Source: a virus
IMG/VR virus record: IMGVR_UViG_3300044832_000020
Span: 1 to 62,107 of that record
DNA length: 62,107 nt
Strand: one strand, 5' to 3'
A program made the position numbers and the translations under genes. Shown here piece after piece: positions 1 to 8,605 of this stretch (position 1 is the first letter of the stretch; the number at the start of each line of letters is the position of its first letter). Below the pieces are notes generated by a model. That model was not told the DNA's origin, did not search any database, and worked only from the letters and a program-made list of their open reading frames with translations.

Positions 1-23
1 AAGGCTGTAGCAGACCCACCAGA
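1..23. repeat. 23-bp direct terminal repeat, identical to 62085..62107
   Basis: aaggctgtagcagacccaccaga read at both window ends. Confidence 0.95.
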
Positions 24-2750
24 ACCACCAGACCCACCACTTTTGGGCCTTGCGGCCTCGATTTGCCACAATCTTTCATGAGCGCGACGCTCGCCGGCAT
101 TTCTTACCGTGAGCTGCCCGGCCCATCGACCGTTCCGATTACGTAGCCACATGCCCAGCGATTTGCTGACGACACCCACGCCGGCCGTCGATCGGTTGAC
201 CTTCTCGGCCAGCTCACCCGGCAGCGCGGTGACCGGGATCGGGCGGTCGGGTGCCCACAGGGAAGCGTCCAGCATGATGCTGGTGTTGACTTTGCTGAGC
301 AGCTCCTTCACCGACCAGGGCTCGGCCCCGAACACGCCGTAGATCGCTTCGAGGAACTCCCCCCAGTCGTCATCCTCGACGCCGGCAGGCTGCTGTACCG
401 AGTCGACGTGACCGAACGTCCCTGGCACACCCGCATGCATGAGCACACCCGACACGGTCTCTACCCAGCGCGCATAGCCATCGCTGCCCCGCTGCCGGTC
501 AACCGGTCGACCCGCCACCACCCAGGCACGGATAAGAACCAGCAGCGCGTGCAACAGCTCGCCACGGTGCTCGGTCGCCCAGCTTTCAAGGTCGCGGATC
601 GCGAACCCGGTCCGCGTTTCCGGGTTCGGCACGCCCGGGTCGATCGTCACCCACAGTGTTCGCCGGGCCAGGTCGCCGCCCAGAGAAAGGTTGTTGCCGG
701 TGATGATCCACAGGCGGTCGTTGGGGATCCCGATCCACTCGGTCGCCCCCAGCGGCCGGTCGCCCCAGGTCGCCGACGTCAGCAGGCCCGCCAGCGTCGA
801 GCTGCGCAACACACCCGACACGTTGTCGAAGTGGATTATCGGCCCGGTCGTCACCGTCAGCATGCTGGTTATCTGCTTGCGTAGCTCGGCCTCGTCCTCT
901 GGCACCTCCGCCCGGAACACGCCGCCGTGGATGATGCGGGCAATCGTGGCCAGCAAGGTCTTGCCGCTACCTGGCTGCGGGGACGAGATCGCGCCCAGCT
1001 TGTAGGGAGGTGGCGCCAACGTGCGGAGCAGCGGGGTCAGCAGCAAGCCGAAGTAGTTGGCCCGGTCGTGGTCGCTGACGAACCCGAACTCGCGCACCAT
1101 CTCGTCCAGCAACTTGACCGCGCGCTCCACGTCGCCGGTGCTCGGCTCGTCCGGCACCTCTGGCACATCGAACCCCGGCTCGGGCAGATACAGCAGCTCG
1201 GTCGCGACGTCGTAGCCGGGCTCGCGGACCAGCGAGCCATCCGGCCGGAAGACAGGGCTGTGGATAACACCCCGCAGCCGGCGTAGGTTCGGCAGCATGT
1301 CGGGCACGTCGGTCGCCACCCGGGCCGCGTCCGGTGGGAACATCGCCGACACGGCCGTCCAGGTGCTGCCGCGCTTCACCATCTTGTGACAGTCGAACGT
1401 GTACTGGACCCGGCTCGCCAGGTCGGATTTCTTGACCACCCGGACCTGCGCGGGGCCGTCCTCAGCCTTGGCGTCGTCGGACAGTGGCACGTAGCCCTCG
1501 TCGCCCTCACGCGGCGTGTGGACGATCTCGGTTCCCCGGGCGAACATCCCCGCCAGCGGGCCGGTGCCGACGTTGAGACGCAACCACTCGGCCATATCGG
1601 CCGGGTTGCCCACGTCGAGCGGGGGCTTGTCGGGTGGCCCCGACGGCGGTGGCTGGGGAGCCGCTGGACCCTGCCCACTACCGCCGCCGGACCCGTCCGG
1701 AGCACCCAGCGGTGGCACCCCGGAAAGTGTGAGCCTATCGCGCGGCGGCAACGGTGAACCGTAGTTGTCGTGTCGCAGCGCTGAGGCCGCAGCCGAGAGA
1801 TCCCCGCCGTGGCTGAGCAGCGCGTAGGCCGCGAATTTGCTGTAAGGCTTCTCGGTCTCGAACTCGGTCGACGTCGAGAACACGTACAGCCGGTCGACAC
1901 CGTCCGACGCGGTACCCGTCGTCGCGGACACGCCGTGTTCCTTGCCGGGCCGCGTCCAGGCGGCGCCGGTGCCGGCGAAGTTCTTCCGGGTCCGGTGCCA
2001 GCCCGCCGGGCCGAGAATGTCATCCCACTCAGCGCGCAGATTGAAGTCGTCACCGGGGCGTAGCTCACCGTCGACCGGCGCGCTCGTTGAGCCGTGGCTG
2101 ACGTACGGGTCAGCAGCCGGCATCGCGTCGAGCATGTTGGCGATCGCGTAGAGCAGGTCGCGCTCATCACCGGTGATGGTAGGGATAGTGACCGGTCCGC
2201 CGGCGAGCAGTTTCCACGACAGCCCGGTCTCGTGGGTGCGCCCACCGGACGGGGCGGTGATCACGAAGCCGCCCTCGCCGCGCGTCTCGACCAGCACCTT
2301 GACCCGGTCGGCCGGGTTGATCGCCAGCTCCTCGTCGGTGGCGGGCCGCCGGGCCAGCTTGGTGTTGCGGTGCGCGCCGTCGCTGACCCGGTACAGGAAG
2401 TGCAGCCCGCCGGACGGGGACTGCTCGACGTAGCCGGCGCAGAGCCGTGCCCACAGGCCGGCCGCGTCGTGGTTCGTGAAGGCATTGGCGAGGTCGGCGG
2501 TCAGGCCGATCGCGCGGCCCTCCAGCTCGAACATCTCCAGCCCGCGACTGACCGCGCCGCAGACCAGGCCGAACCCGTCGAACCGAGGACCCATCGGGGT
2601 CTCGCCGAACCAGTACTCCAGTTGCTCGTCGGCGGGTAGATCGGTCTGGTACTGCTCCCACCGGACAGCGGGCGCCTTGCTGCCGTCGACCCGGGCAGGG
2701 ATGACACAGCAGTCAGCGGCGGCGAACGCGCGCGCGGCGTCGAGTAGCAA
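1..2750 (-). CDS. bifunctional primase-polymerase (AEP/Prim-Pol) fused to a P-loop SF3/D5-like helicase; the 3-prime end leaves the window and continues in frame at 62084..61895 if the ends are joined
   Basis: The minus frame is open from 2918 to 1; it is missing from the ORF track because it is unterminated. My translation gives VLVETRGEGGFVITAPS (AEP motif) and SSPQPGSGKTLLAT (Walker A). TTG 2750 is preceded by GGAG. GTG 2918 is possible, but third-position GC is only about 60 percent in between. Confidence 0.8.
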   Translation of the reverse strand, partial: MLLDAARAFAAADCCVIPARVDGSKAPAVRWEQYQTDLPADEQLEYWFGETPMGPRFDGFGLVCGAVSRGLEMFELEGRAIGLTADLANAFTNHDAAGLWARLCAGYVEQSPSGGLHFLYRVSDGAHRNTKLARRPATDEELAINPADRVKVLVETRGEGGFVITAPSGGRTHETGLSWKLLAGGPVTIPTITGDERDLLYAIANMLDAMPAADPYVSHGSTSAPVDGELRPGDDFNLRAEWDDILGPAGWHRTRKNFAGTGAAWTRPGKEHGVSATTGTASDGVDRLYVFSTSTEFETEKPYSKFAAYALLSHGGDLSAAASALRHDNYGSPLPPRDRLTLSGVPPLGAPDGSGGGSGQGPAAPQPPPSGPPDKPPLDVGNPADMAEWLRLNVGTGPLAGMFARGTEIVHTPREGDEGYVPLSDDAKAEDGPAQVRVVKKSDLASRVQYTFDCHKMVKRGSTWTAVSAMFPPDAARVATDVPDMLPNLRRLRGVIHSPVFRPDGSLVREPGYDVATELLYLPEPGFDVPEVPDEPSTGDVERAVKLLDEMVREFGFVSDHDRANYFGLLLTPLLRTLAPPPYKLGAISSPQPGSGKTLLATIARIIHGGVFRAEVPEDEAELRKQITSMLTVTTGPIIHFDNVSGVLRSSTLAGLLTSATWGDRPLGATEWIGIPNDRLWIITGNNLSLGGDLARRTLWVTIDPGVPNPETRTGFAIRDLESWATEHRGELLHALLVLIRAWVVAGRPVDRQRGSDGYARWVETVSGVLMHAGVPGTFGHVDSVQQPAGVEDDDWGEFLEAIYGVFGAEPWSVKELLSKVNTSIMLDASLWAPDRPIPVTALPGELAEKVNRSTAGVGVVSKSLGMWLRNRNGRWAGQLTVRNAGERRAHERLWQIEAARPKSGGSGGSGGSATA
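11..39. repeat. arm of a 29-bp perfect inverted repeat (partner 61988..62016), built from three 9-bp units
   Basis: cagacccaccagaaccaccagacccacca is the exact reverse complement of 61988..62016. Confidence 0.95.
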
Positions 2751-2780
2751 CGGCTCCGCTTCCTCTCGATCAGGGATGGG

Positions 2781-2810
2781 GCCGTCACCGGTGACGTTCT
2801 GCCGGGTCGG
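2781..2810. promoter_or_regulatory. copy 4 of the quasi-palindromic motif GCCGTCACCGGTG-N8-10-CCGGGTCGG
   Basis: gccgtcaccggtgacgttctgccgggtcgg lies 31 nt upstream of the primase start, in a low-GC3 spacer. Confidence 0.7.
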
Positions 2811-2814
2811 GGAT

Positions 2815-2840
2815 CTCCCTGCATCTATTCGTGCAGGGGG
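2815..2840. promoter_or_regulatory. hairpin (about 9-bp stem, 8-nt AT-rich loop) upstream of the primase gene
   Basis: ctccctgca tctattcg tgcaggggg read directly. Confidence 0.5.
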
Positions 2841-2927
2841 ACTCGTGGACCAGCGGTGTGCGTCAAGCAGTGACGGTAGGGCGGGTGTTGCCGGGTTTCC
2901 GACGTCAGCCCGTGTCACCTCCCCCGC

Positions 2928-3119
2928 TCATCGGGTCCTGCGGATCTTGAGGACCAGCCCCGGGTCGTCAGTCTTCGCACCGATCACCCGCGACCGGACC
3001 AGCTCGTACTGGCAGCCCTCGACGTCTTCCAGCAGGATCTCGGCCGTGTGGGTCGGCAGGTCGTTGATGGCCTGCTGTAGTTGCTCGATCAGTAGCAGGT
3101 TCTCCGCCGGCGTGCTCAC
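2928..3119 (-). CDS. hypothetical protein (63 aa)
   Basis: Track ORF with a G/C-rich third position. The GTG start overlaps the upstream stop (GTGA). Confidence 0.6.
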   Translation of the reverse strand: MSTPAENLLLIEQLQQAINDLPTHTAEILLEDVEGCQYELVRSRVIGAKTDDPGLVLKIRRTR

Positions 3120-3430
3120 TGCTGGAACTCCCCGATGACGCGATAGCCGCCCTGGCCTTCGAGGTTGCCGATCCGGTACATGCCGCGCACCTCGAACTCC
3201 ACATCGGGCTCGATCTCGACCTGCGGGTTATCGGGGGTCGGGCCGGCGGGCAGCATCCATTCGATGTGCCCTTCCCAGGAATCCCCGACGGCGATCCGCC
3301 CGCGAATGTCATCCAGGTAGGTCAGGAACTGGGCCGTGGTCATCGGCACCGGGACCTGGCGCATCGGCACCGGGTGCGGGTCGTGTTTGGGTCGCTTGTT
3401 CGGTTCGGCCTTCCACTTCTCAGTAGGCAT
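3116..3430 (-). CDS. hypothetical protein (104 aa)
   Basis: Internal ATG 3430 of track ORF 3116..3586. The upstream part of that ORF is P/R-rich and overlaps the neighbouring gene. Confidence 0.55.
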   Translation of the reverse strand: MPTEKWKAEPNKRPKHDPHPVPMRQVPVPMTTAQFLTYLDDIRGRIAVGDSWEGHIEWMLPAGPTPDNPQVEIEPDVEFEVRGMYRIGNLEGQGGYRVIGEFQQ

Positions 3431-3719
3431 CGCCGGCCGCCTTCCTGGCCTCATAGGAACGGTCGGCCCGGTCCCACTCGGCCTGTAGCTCGGGGCTGGT
3501 GGGTGGGTGCTCGATCGGCCGGGGTGCCAGCCATTCGGCTCGGATCTCGGCCAGCAGCGGCAGTAGAACGTCGGCGATCCGGTCACGCTCGCTGGCCAGC
3601 AGCATCGATGTACTGGCGCTCGGGGTGGTGGTCCGGAAAATGACGTTCACCACTCGCGCGTCGTACAGCAGGTTGTCGATCCGCCGGCGGTCGATCAGCT
3701 CCTGCGGGGTGTCAGTCAT
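3420..3719 (-). CDS. hypothetical protein (99 aa)
   Basis: Start MTDTPQELI at 3719, in ATGA overlap with the 3716 stop. Confidence 0.6.
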   Translation of the reverse strand: MTDTPQELIDRRRIDNLLYDARVVNVIFRTTTPSASTSMLLASERDRIADVLLPLLAEIRAEWLAPRPIEHPPTSPELQAEWDRADRSYEARKAAGDAY

Positions 3720-3922
3720 TTGCTCTCTCTCGCTTCCAGTGATCGGGGCAGCTCCTCGACGTAGGCGGCTTTGGTGCGCCACCGGTGCCCGTCGAGCGTG
3801 CAGGTCACCTCGGAGTAGTCGGACCTAGTACGGCGGTACCCGTTAAAGGCTGAGTAGTTCGCCCTGTAGACCGTGACCCGCCAGGACGATCGGTGATCCT
3901 TGCGCTTGCAGCCGCTAGTCAT
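3716..3922 (-). CDS. hypothetical basic protein (68 aa)
   Basis: Internal ATG 3922 of track ORF 3716..3991; 8-nt overlap with the upstream gene. Confidence 0.5.
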   Translation of the reverse strand: MTSGCKRKDHRSSWRVTVYRANYSAFNGYRRTRSDYSEVTCTLDGHRWRTKAAYVEELPRSLEARESK

Positions 3923-4208
3923 CGTCGTCGTACCGCATGCCGGGGATCCCTGTCCGGCCGTCCTCGGTCTTGACGACCTTGCTCTCAGCAACTAGCGGGA
4001 TGACGATCGTGTGGATCATCACCTCGTTGTGTTCGACCAGGTAGTCGCCGTTGTCGTCGGTCGCGATGACCTCCGCCGTGATGGCGTTGGCGTGGAACAC
4101 CAGCGACCGGATGTGGTCGAGCTGCACCAGGCCCAGCTCGGCCAGCAGCGCGTCGCGCTTCGCCTGGGTGATCGATTGCGGGATGCCCGCCAGATCTGTG
4201 TCTCGCAT
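3915..4208 (-). CDS. hypothetical protein (97 aa, acidic DDDD C-terminus)
   Basis: Track ORF in a GC3-rich frame. Confidence 0.65.
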   Translation of the reverse strand: MRDTDLAGIPQSITQAKRDALLAELGLVQLDHIRSLVFHANAITAEVIATDDNGDYLVEHNEVMIHTIVIPLVAESKVVKTEDGRTGIPGMRYDDDD

Positions 4209-4280
4209 GTTCTCCCTTTCCCAGTAAGGGGTGACGCGCCCAGTCCCCTCAGAGCAACGCGCGCCACCCCGGTTCTGTGG

Positions 4281-4781
4281 TCAGCCGCCCCCGCCGGCCG
4301 GCTTGGCGGGCAGCGTGCCGCCGCCCCGGATCTCGTCCGGGGTAGGTCTTGCACCCGCAGAGCGGTTGAACGACAACTCCTCGCCCTGCTGCTCGGGCAA
4401 CACGTTGTCCTCGTACGCCAGATCCGGCGGCACCGGGGACTCGTGATCAGGCGGGAGCACCCGGGCTTCGCCCTTGGCGGCCTCAATGATCTCGGCCAGC
4501 ACCTCGGGCGCGACGTCAGCGGCAGCCGGTACCGGGTCGGGCTCGTCATCGGCGGGCAGGTCGAACGTGACCACGATCTGCCGCGTCGACGTCTGGAACT
4601 TCACCAGCGCCGCGTTCCTGATCAGGCCACTGGCGACCGCGCGCCGCTGGTGGTCGGTCAGGTTCACCCCGCCGAAGTTGAACGGGCCACCCACCCCGGC
4701 CAGGATCCGGCTGAGCAGTGCGTCCGCCAGGAACACATCGAACGCGCTCGATCGCCCGCTGGAGGATGCCTTGGCGGGCAT
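4281..4781 (-). CDS. hypothetical protein (166 aa)
   Basis: Track ORF in a GC3-rich frame; 1-nt overlap with the upstream stop. Confidence 0.6.
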   Translation of the reverse strand: MPAKASSSGRSSAFDVFLADALLSRILAGVGGPFNFGGVNLTDHQRRAVASGLIRNAALVKFQTSTRQIVVTFDLPADDEPDPVPAAADVAPEVLAEIIEAAKGEARVLPPDHESPVPPDLAYEDNVLPEQQGEELSFNRSAGARPTPDEIRGGGTLPAKPAGGGG

Positions 4782-5743
4782 CAGCCGACGACCTTCGACT
4801 GCCAGTCAGGCCCGTAGACGCTGGCCGGGTCGATGTTGATGGCTTGCAGGCCAGCGATCTGCTGGGCGGTCGGCGGCGTCGGCTGGCCGCCATTCTGAGC
4901 GGCCTGGGGCTGCTGGCCTTGCTGGGGTGCAGCCATCGTGGTCGGGCCGCCCTGACCCTGCGCCGGTGACGGGCCAGGGTTGCCCTGCTGCGCGGGGTTC
5001 CACTGCTGGTTGCTCGCCGGCGGCTGCGACTGCTGAGCCGACTGCGGCACCGCCCACGGGTCGTTGGTGGGAGCACCCGCCCACGGGTTCGCCTGCTGCT
5101 GCTGCTGTGACTGCGAGCCCCAGGCCCCGTTGTCGACCGGCTGCGACAACGTCTCCTGCTGCCCCGCCCACGGGTCGGCCGGCGGTTCCTGCTGCGCCCA
5201 CTGCGGGCCGGCGCCACCGCTCTGCCAGTCGCTCTGCCGCTGGCCCTGCTGCTGGCCCTGCGCCGGCGCCTGCTGCACCTTCGGCGGCTGATCCAGCTCC
5301 ATCGCCGGCGCCTTGTAGATCGCGCTGTAGAGCTTTGTTGCTGACAGCCCCCTCTGGGCCGGTGGCTTCTCACCGGTGAACGCCAGACCGAGGTAACCGC
5401 CGTACTGCAGGGCCGTCGACCCGTTCGTGGCCAGCTTCACCGCGCCGATCACGGCAGCCATCCGCGACTGGGATTCCGGCTTCTTGCTGCCGGTCAACGG
5501 GACGGTCCGCTTGCCGTCGTCGGTGGGGCTGTCGCGTAGCTCGGTCTGCAGGGTGACGATACTCATCATCTTGGGGTCGCCGTTCGGCCACGTCGACGGC
5601 TGCCCTGCGGTCGCCGTGCCCTCCATGTCGGTCTGCTGGCGGTCGACCAGATCGATCACCATTCCATACACTTTGTCGCCGATCCGGTCGAAGGGAAAGC
5701 TGTTGCCCTCTCCCCCTAGGTCCCAACTAGTCATTGGGGTCAC
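4781..5743 (-). CDS. hypothetical protein with a long Q/P/G-rich low-complexity C-terminal half (320 aa)
   Basis: Track ORF with a globular N-terminal part of about 150 aa, then QQ/PW/GQ-rich repeats. The competing overlapping ORFs are R-rich antisense or offset artefacts. Confidence 0.65.
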   Translation of the reverse strand: MTPMTSWDLGGEGNSFPFDRIGDKVYGMVIDLVDRQQTDMEGTATAGQPSTWPNGDPKMMSIVTLQTELRDSPTDDGKRTVPLTGSKKPESQSRMAAVIGAVKLATNGSTALQYGGYLGLAFTGEKPPAQRGLSATKLYSAIYKAPAMELDQPPKVQQAPAQGQQQGQRQSDWQSGGAGPQWAQQEPPADPWAGQQETLSQPVDNGAWGSQSQQQQQANPWAGAPTNDPWAVPQSAQQSQPPASNQQWNPAQQGNPGPSPAQGQGGPTTMAAPQQGQQPQAAQNGGQPTPPTAQQIAGLQAINIDPASVYGPDWQSKVVG

Positions 5744-6009
5744 TGCCTTTCTGTGGTGGGTGTGTTAGCTCGGTTGGCGCGGATCGCGTCGAGGACCGCG
5801 CGCCGCTCGGTCTCGATCTTGCGCAGGTCGAGGCCGAAGAAATCGGCCATGAGTTGCTCGCGCGATCGACCGGGATCAGGTTCCAGAACCAGGTTCTGCT
5901 CATCAAATAGCCAGTCGAGGAAGCGCTGGACGGTGTTGGTCTCCCCGGTGGCGATGAGTGCCGCCTGCTTGTCCAGCTCGGGGGTGGGCGGGTACTTGGT
6001 CACCGGCAC
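5740..6009 (-). CDS. hypothetical protein (89 aa)
   Basis: Track ORF with ATGA-type overlap downstream. Confidence 0.6.
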   Translation of the reverse strand: MPVTKYPPTPELDKQAALIATGETNTVQRFLDWLFDEQNLVLEPDPGRSREQLMADFFGLDLRKIETERRAVLDAIRANRANTPTTERQ

Positions 6010-6131
6010 GAGAGCGACCGCCCGCCGCTGATCAGTAACGCGATCAGGACGCCAGCGATCGCGCCGACCAGGATGGCGCCGGCGACGAACACCAGCCCGT
6101 TGCGAAAGATCGTGCGAGCGATGGGGGTCAT
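6000..6131 (-). CDS. small single-pass membrane protein (43 aa)
   Basis: Own translation: MTPIARTIFRNGLVFVAGAILVGAIAGVLIALLISGGRSLSCR. ATGA overlap with the 6128 stop. Below the track cutoff. Confidence 0.4.
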   Translation of the reverse strand: MTPIARTIFRNGLVFVAGAILVGAIAGVLIALLISGGRSLSCR

Positions 6132-6325
6132 CGGCTCATCACCTGATCTTGCGTACGGAACGCATCGCTACCGCCGCCGGCGAAGGTGACATGGACGAAC
6201 TTCGCCGGCGACGTCACGTTGAGCACACTGGTCAGCGTGAGCCAGTTGCCTTCCTTGTCGCGCACCTCCATGCCCTCCTTGAGATTGAAAGCCATCCGGT
6301 ATTTCTCGGGCCGTTTCAACTTCAC
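6128..6325 (-). CDS. hypothetical protein (65 aa)
   Basis: GTG 6325 overlaps the stop of the nuclease gene (GTGA). Confidence 0.5.
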   Translation of the reverse strand: MKLKRPEKYRMAFNLKEGMEVRDKEGNWLTLTSVLNVTSPAKFVHVTFAGGGSDAFRTQDQVMSR

Positions 6326-7164
6326 TGCTTGCCTTCCAGGGTTAGAGCCGGCTTCGGCAGGGACCGCTCGGCGTGACCGGGACAGCCTTCGAGGGGGTTC
6401 GTTGAATCCGGCGTGTAGTAGTCGCACCTGTAGCAGTACGCATCAGCGGTGGGCAGCAACGTCAGCGCCTTGCGGCCGAGCGCCGACGTCGCGGCGTGAA
6501 TCGCGTTGACCCGCGCCAGCGCGTCGAGCGCCACCTGTTCGTCGTAGGGCTCGAACCAGATATGAGCCTTGTCCAGCTCATCGTTCCTTGGCAGGAAGGC
6601 GATCATGACGGTGTCGACCGGCAGCCCGTGGTGACGCGACCAGCCGCGACCGTACAAGTGGGCTTGCGACCGGTACTGCGACCCTGGCCCGGATGCCCGG
6701 TAGCTCTTGAGCGGGGCCGGGCCGACGATCTTCCAGTCGACCACGGTGGCTGTCACTCGGTCGTAGAGATCGCATGACCCGTCGATCTCGTCCGGGCCGA
6801 CCTGACCGACGTTGCCGACCTTGGTTTCGACGTACCAGCGTTCATCGCCGGGTGACACCTTCGAGCTGTAGGCCAGGTTGTGCCGGTCGAAAATGTTGCC
6901 CAGCTCGGTGTGAACGCACGTCCCGATGAAGGGCTTCCAGGGAACCCCTTGGTGGGTGTTGAACTCAGGGGCATCCAGCAACTTGTATCCGAGCCGGCGC
7001 GGGCAGGGATGCCCGATCTCGCTGGGTCCGATCAGTCGCTGCTGGCTGCGTGGCTGGTTCTCGATCGCGGTGCCGATGATGCCGAGCAGTTCCCTGCCGA
7101 GCACGGCGGGATTCCCGCCGCGCTGCATCAGCTTCGGCGGCAGCGTGCTCGGCGCCCAGGTCAC
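6322..7164 (-). CDS. PD-(D/E)XK nuclease, Cas4/RecB-like with a C-terminal Cys cluster (280 aa)
   Basis: GSCDLYDRVTATVVDWKIVG matches the D..D/ExK motif. C-terminal CYRCDYY...CPG. GTG 7164 overlaps the upstream stop. Confidence 0.6.
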   Translation of the reverse strand: MTWAPSTLPPKLMQRGGNPAVLGRELLGIIGTAIENQPRSQQRLIGPSEIGHPCPRRLGYKLLDAPEFNTHQGVPWKPFIGTCVHTELGNIFDRHNLAYSSKVSPGDERWYVETKVGNVGQVGPDEIDGSCDLYDRVTATVVDWKIVGPAPLKSYRASGPGSQYRSQAHLYGRGWSRHHGLPVDTVMIAFLPRNDELDKAHIWFEPYDEQVALDALARVNAIHAATSALGRKALTLLPTADAYCYRCDYYTPDSTNPLEGCPGHAERSLPKPALTLEGKQ

Positions 7165-7442
7165 CAGATCCTCTCTTCCCAGTTGACGCCGTTGGTGGCC
7201 GGCTCGTATTCGCCTTGCAGGGCATGGATCGGGCAGCGCTTGGCGTACTGGCGGGCCAGGTGCGGGCACCCGAGCATCACGCAGGGATGCGTCTCGCAAT
7301 CGTCCTCGTTATCGTTGGGCGCCGGCTTGCCGGCGAGCACCCGTTCCCGGGTCTCCTCCCACCACTGCAGCATCACGCCTTCCAGGTAACCGCCGTCGCC
7401 GATGGGCCAGCCGAGCCGGTCGTAATCCGGTAGCCGGGGCAT
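7161..7442 (-). CDS. hypothetical Cys/His-rich protein (93 aa)
   Basis: Internal ATG 7442 of the track ORF (MPRLPDYDRLGW...), containing C..HPC..GCPH...CPIH. Confidence 0.55.
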   Translation of the reverse strand: MPRLPDYDRLGWPIGDGGYLEGVMLQWWEETRERVLAGKPAPNDNEDDCETHPCVMLGCPHLARQYAKRCPIHALQGEYEPATNGVNWEERIW

Positions 7443-7918
7443 CAGAACAGCTCTTTCGGCGGCTCGGGTGGCCGCAGGTCGGGCGGGTCGAGCGGCATCG
7501 GCGGCTCGCGCCACGGCGGGATCGGGTCGGGGGTCTTGCGCACCCACGGCAGTCGCAGCGTCGTTGACTCGCGGTCAAGGCTGGCCATCACGTAGCCGTC
7601 TTCGAGGACCCCGCAGAGCGCCAGCGCGATCAGCGCCTTTTTCAGGTGCTGCCACTGGATCGGCTTGTCGGTCTCGACATACAGGTGGCTGTGACCCGGC
7701 GTCGAGGACGGCACCAGCCACGCCGGCACGTCGAGATCGAGCAGGAGATAGTGCCCCTCGTCGCCGTTGATCTGCGAGCTGGCCGCCTGCGCCTCATCGA
7801 GATCCCGGGTTGGGGCACGCCGGCTGTCTTGGTCGTAGCTCTGCCAGGCGACGTTGCCATACAGGTCCAATTCCTGCAGCAGCTCGATCAGCCTGGGCGG
7901 TACGTTGTCGCGGATCAT
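7442..7918 (-). CDS. hypothetical protein (158 aa)
   Basis: Track ORF in a GC3-rich frame. Confidence 0.6.
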   Translation of the reverse strand: MIRDNVPPRLIELLQELDLYGNVAWQSYDQDSRRAPTRDLDEAQAASSQINGDEGHYLLLDLDVPAWLVPSSTPGHSHLYVETDKPIQWQHLKKALIALALCGVLEDGYVMASLDRESTTLRLPWVRKTPDPIPPWREPPMPLDPPDLRPPEPPKELF

Positions 7919-8076
7919 GTTCCCGCCGTTTCGTTCCTGATCGCCGTTTCGAGCGCGGTAGCGAGAGCGCAGACAGCATCAATCGGGGTAATGCCTGCCC
8001 CGTCGTAGTTGCCGTCATCAGTGGTGGCGAACCAGCGGATAGGACTGCGCTCGTTCGGGTCGTATTCGAGTTTCAC
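7915..8076 (-). CDS. hypothetical protein (53 aa)
   Basis: Own translation: VKLEYDPNERSPIRWFATTDDGNYDG... GTGA overlap upstream and ATGA overlap downstream. Confidence 0.4.
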   Translation of the reverse strand: MKLEYDPNERSPIRWFATTDDGNYDGAGITPIDAVCALATALETAIRNETAGT

Positions 8077-8333
8077 CCGTCGACCTCTTGACTGCCGATG
8101 GGTGACACGGCGAGCGCGTGGATGGCCAGGTAGAACGCCCGCCAGGTGATCTCGGCGACCACGGCCCGGCCGTCGTCAAGGTGAATCGCCAGCGCCACGG
8201 ACGCCTTGCCTTCCAGGGTTCCGTTGGGTAGCAGGCCAACCCGGGTGACCGCGCCGTGCAGCGTCTCGGCGATCGGCGGGAGACCCTCCCACGGTGCCCG
8301 GTCGAGGTCGGGCGTGATCTGTAGGTGGGTCAC
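8073..8333 (-). CDS. hypothetical protein (86 aa)
   Basis: Track ORF with ATGA overlap with 8330. Confidence 0.6.
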   Translation of the reverse strand: MTHLQITPDLDRAPWEGLPPIAETLHGAVTRVGLLPNGTLEGKASVALAIHLDDGRAVVAEITWRAFYLAIHALAVSPIGSQEVDG

Positions 8334-8605
8334 TTCGGGTTCGCCACCACAACCGCGTTCGGGCTGACAGCGGTCAGCCGCGACTCATCGCCGCCGGCCA
8401 GCTTGAGCGCTGCCAGCCAGGCCGGGTTGTCCTCGTTGCGAGTGACCGGGGCGGCGGGCTTGGCGGCAACGGCCTTGCGCACCTTCCGGGTAACGGGCTT
8501 CGAGGTCTTGCGCGCGGCAGTCTTCCGAGTCGTGACTGCCTTTGCGCGGGAGATCTTTGCCGGCTTCACAACCGGCTTGACGTCAGTGCTGGTGAGGGGT
8601 GTCAT
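8330..8605 (-). CDS. basic A/K/P/T-rich protein, possibly histone-like DNA binding (91 aa)
   Basis: ATG 8605 preceded by GGAGGA. Sequence KPVVKPAKISRAKAVTTRKTAARKTSKPVTRKVRK. Confidence 0.5.
   Translation of the reverse strand: MTPLTSTDVKPVVKPAKISRAKAVTTRKTAARKTSKPVTRKVRKAVAAKPAAPVTRNEDNPAWLAALKLAGGDESRLTAVSPNAVVVANPK

Noticed and set aside
1-39. The (GGS)3 linker as a sign of an engineered or synthetic construct
   Set aside because: The same 29 bp occurs as a perfect inverted copy 78 bp away, where it is read as DPPEPPDPP. Everything around it is coherent phage sequence. A DNA-level element (iterons) explains it better. This cannot be fully excluded without provenance.
1376-2245. Long R/P/A-rich ORFs in the supplied track (for example 1376..2245, 4546..5373, 8325..9443, 16713..17738, 19450..20265, 59832..61199)
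   Set aside because: Their arginine/proline-rich composition and poor third-position bias are typical of off-frame or antisense ORFs in high-GC DNA. Each overlaps a better-supported gene.
2751-2918. GTG 2918 as the primase start (the longest ORF)
   Set aside because: Third-position GC is only about 60 percent over these 56 codons, against about 90 percent downstream. The SD abuts the GTG. The segment contains the conserved motif and a hairpin. TTG 2750 with GGAG fits better, though this remains uncertain.
7442-7918. A second small AEP/primase-like protein (LLLDLD...SSTPGHSHLYV)
   Set aside because: The resemblance to Prim-Pol motifs I and II is short and could be chance. It is not supportable without a profile search.
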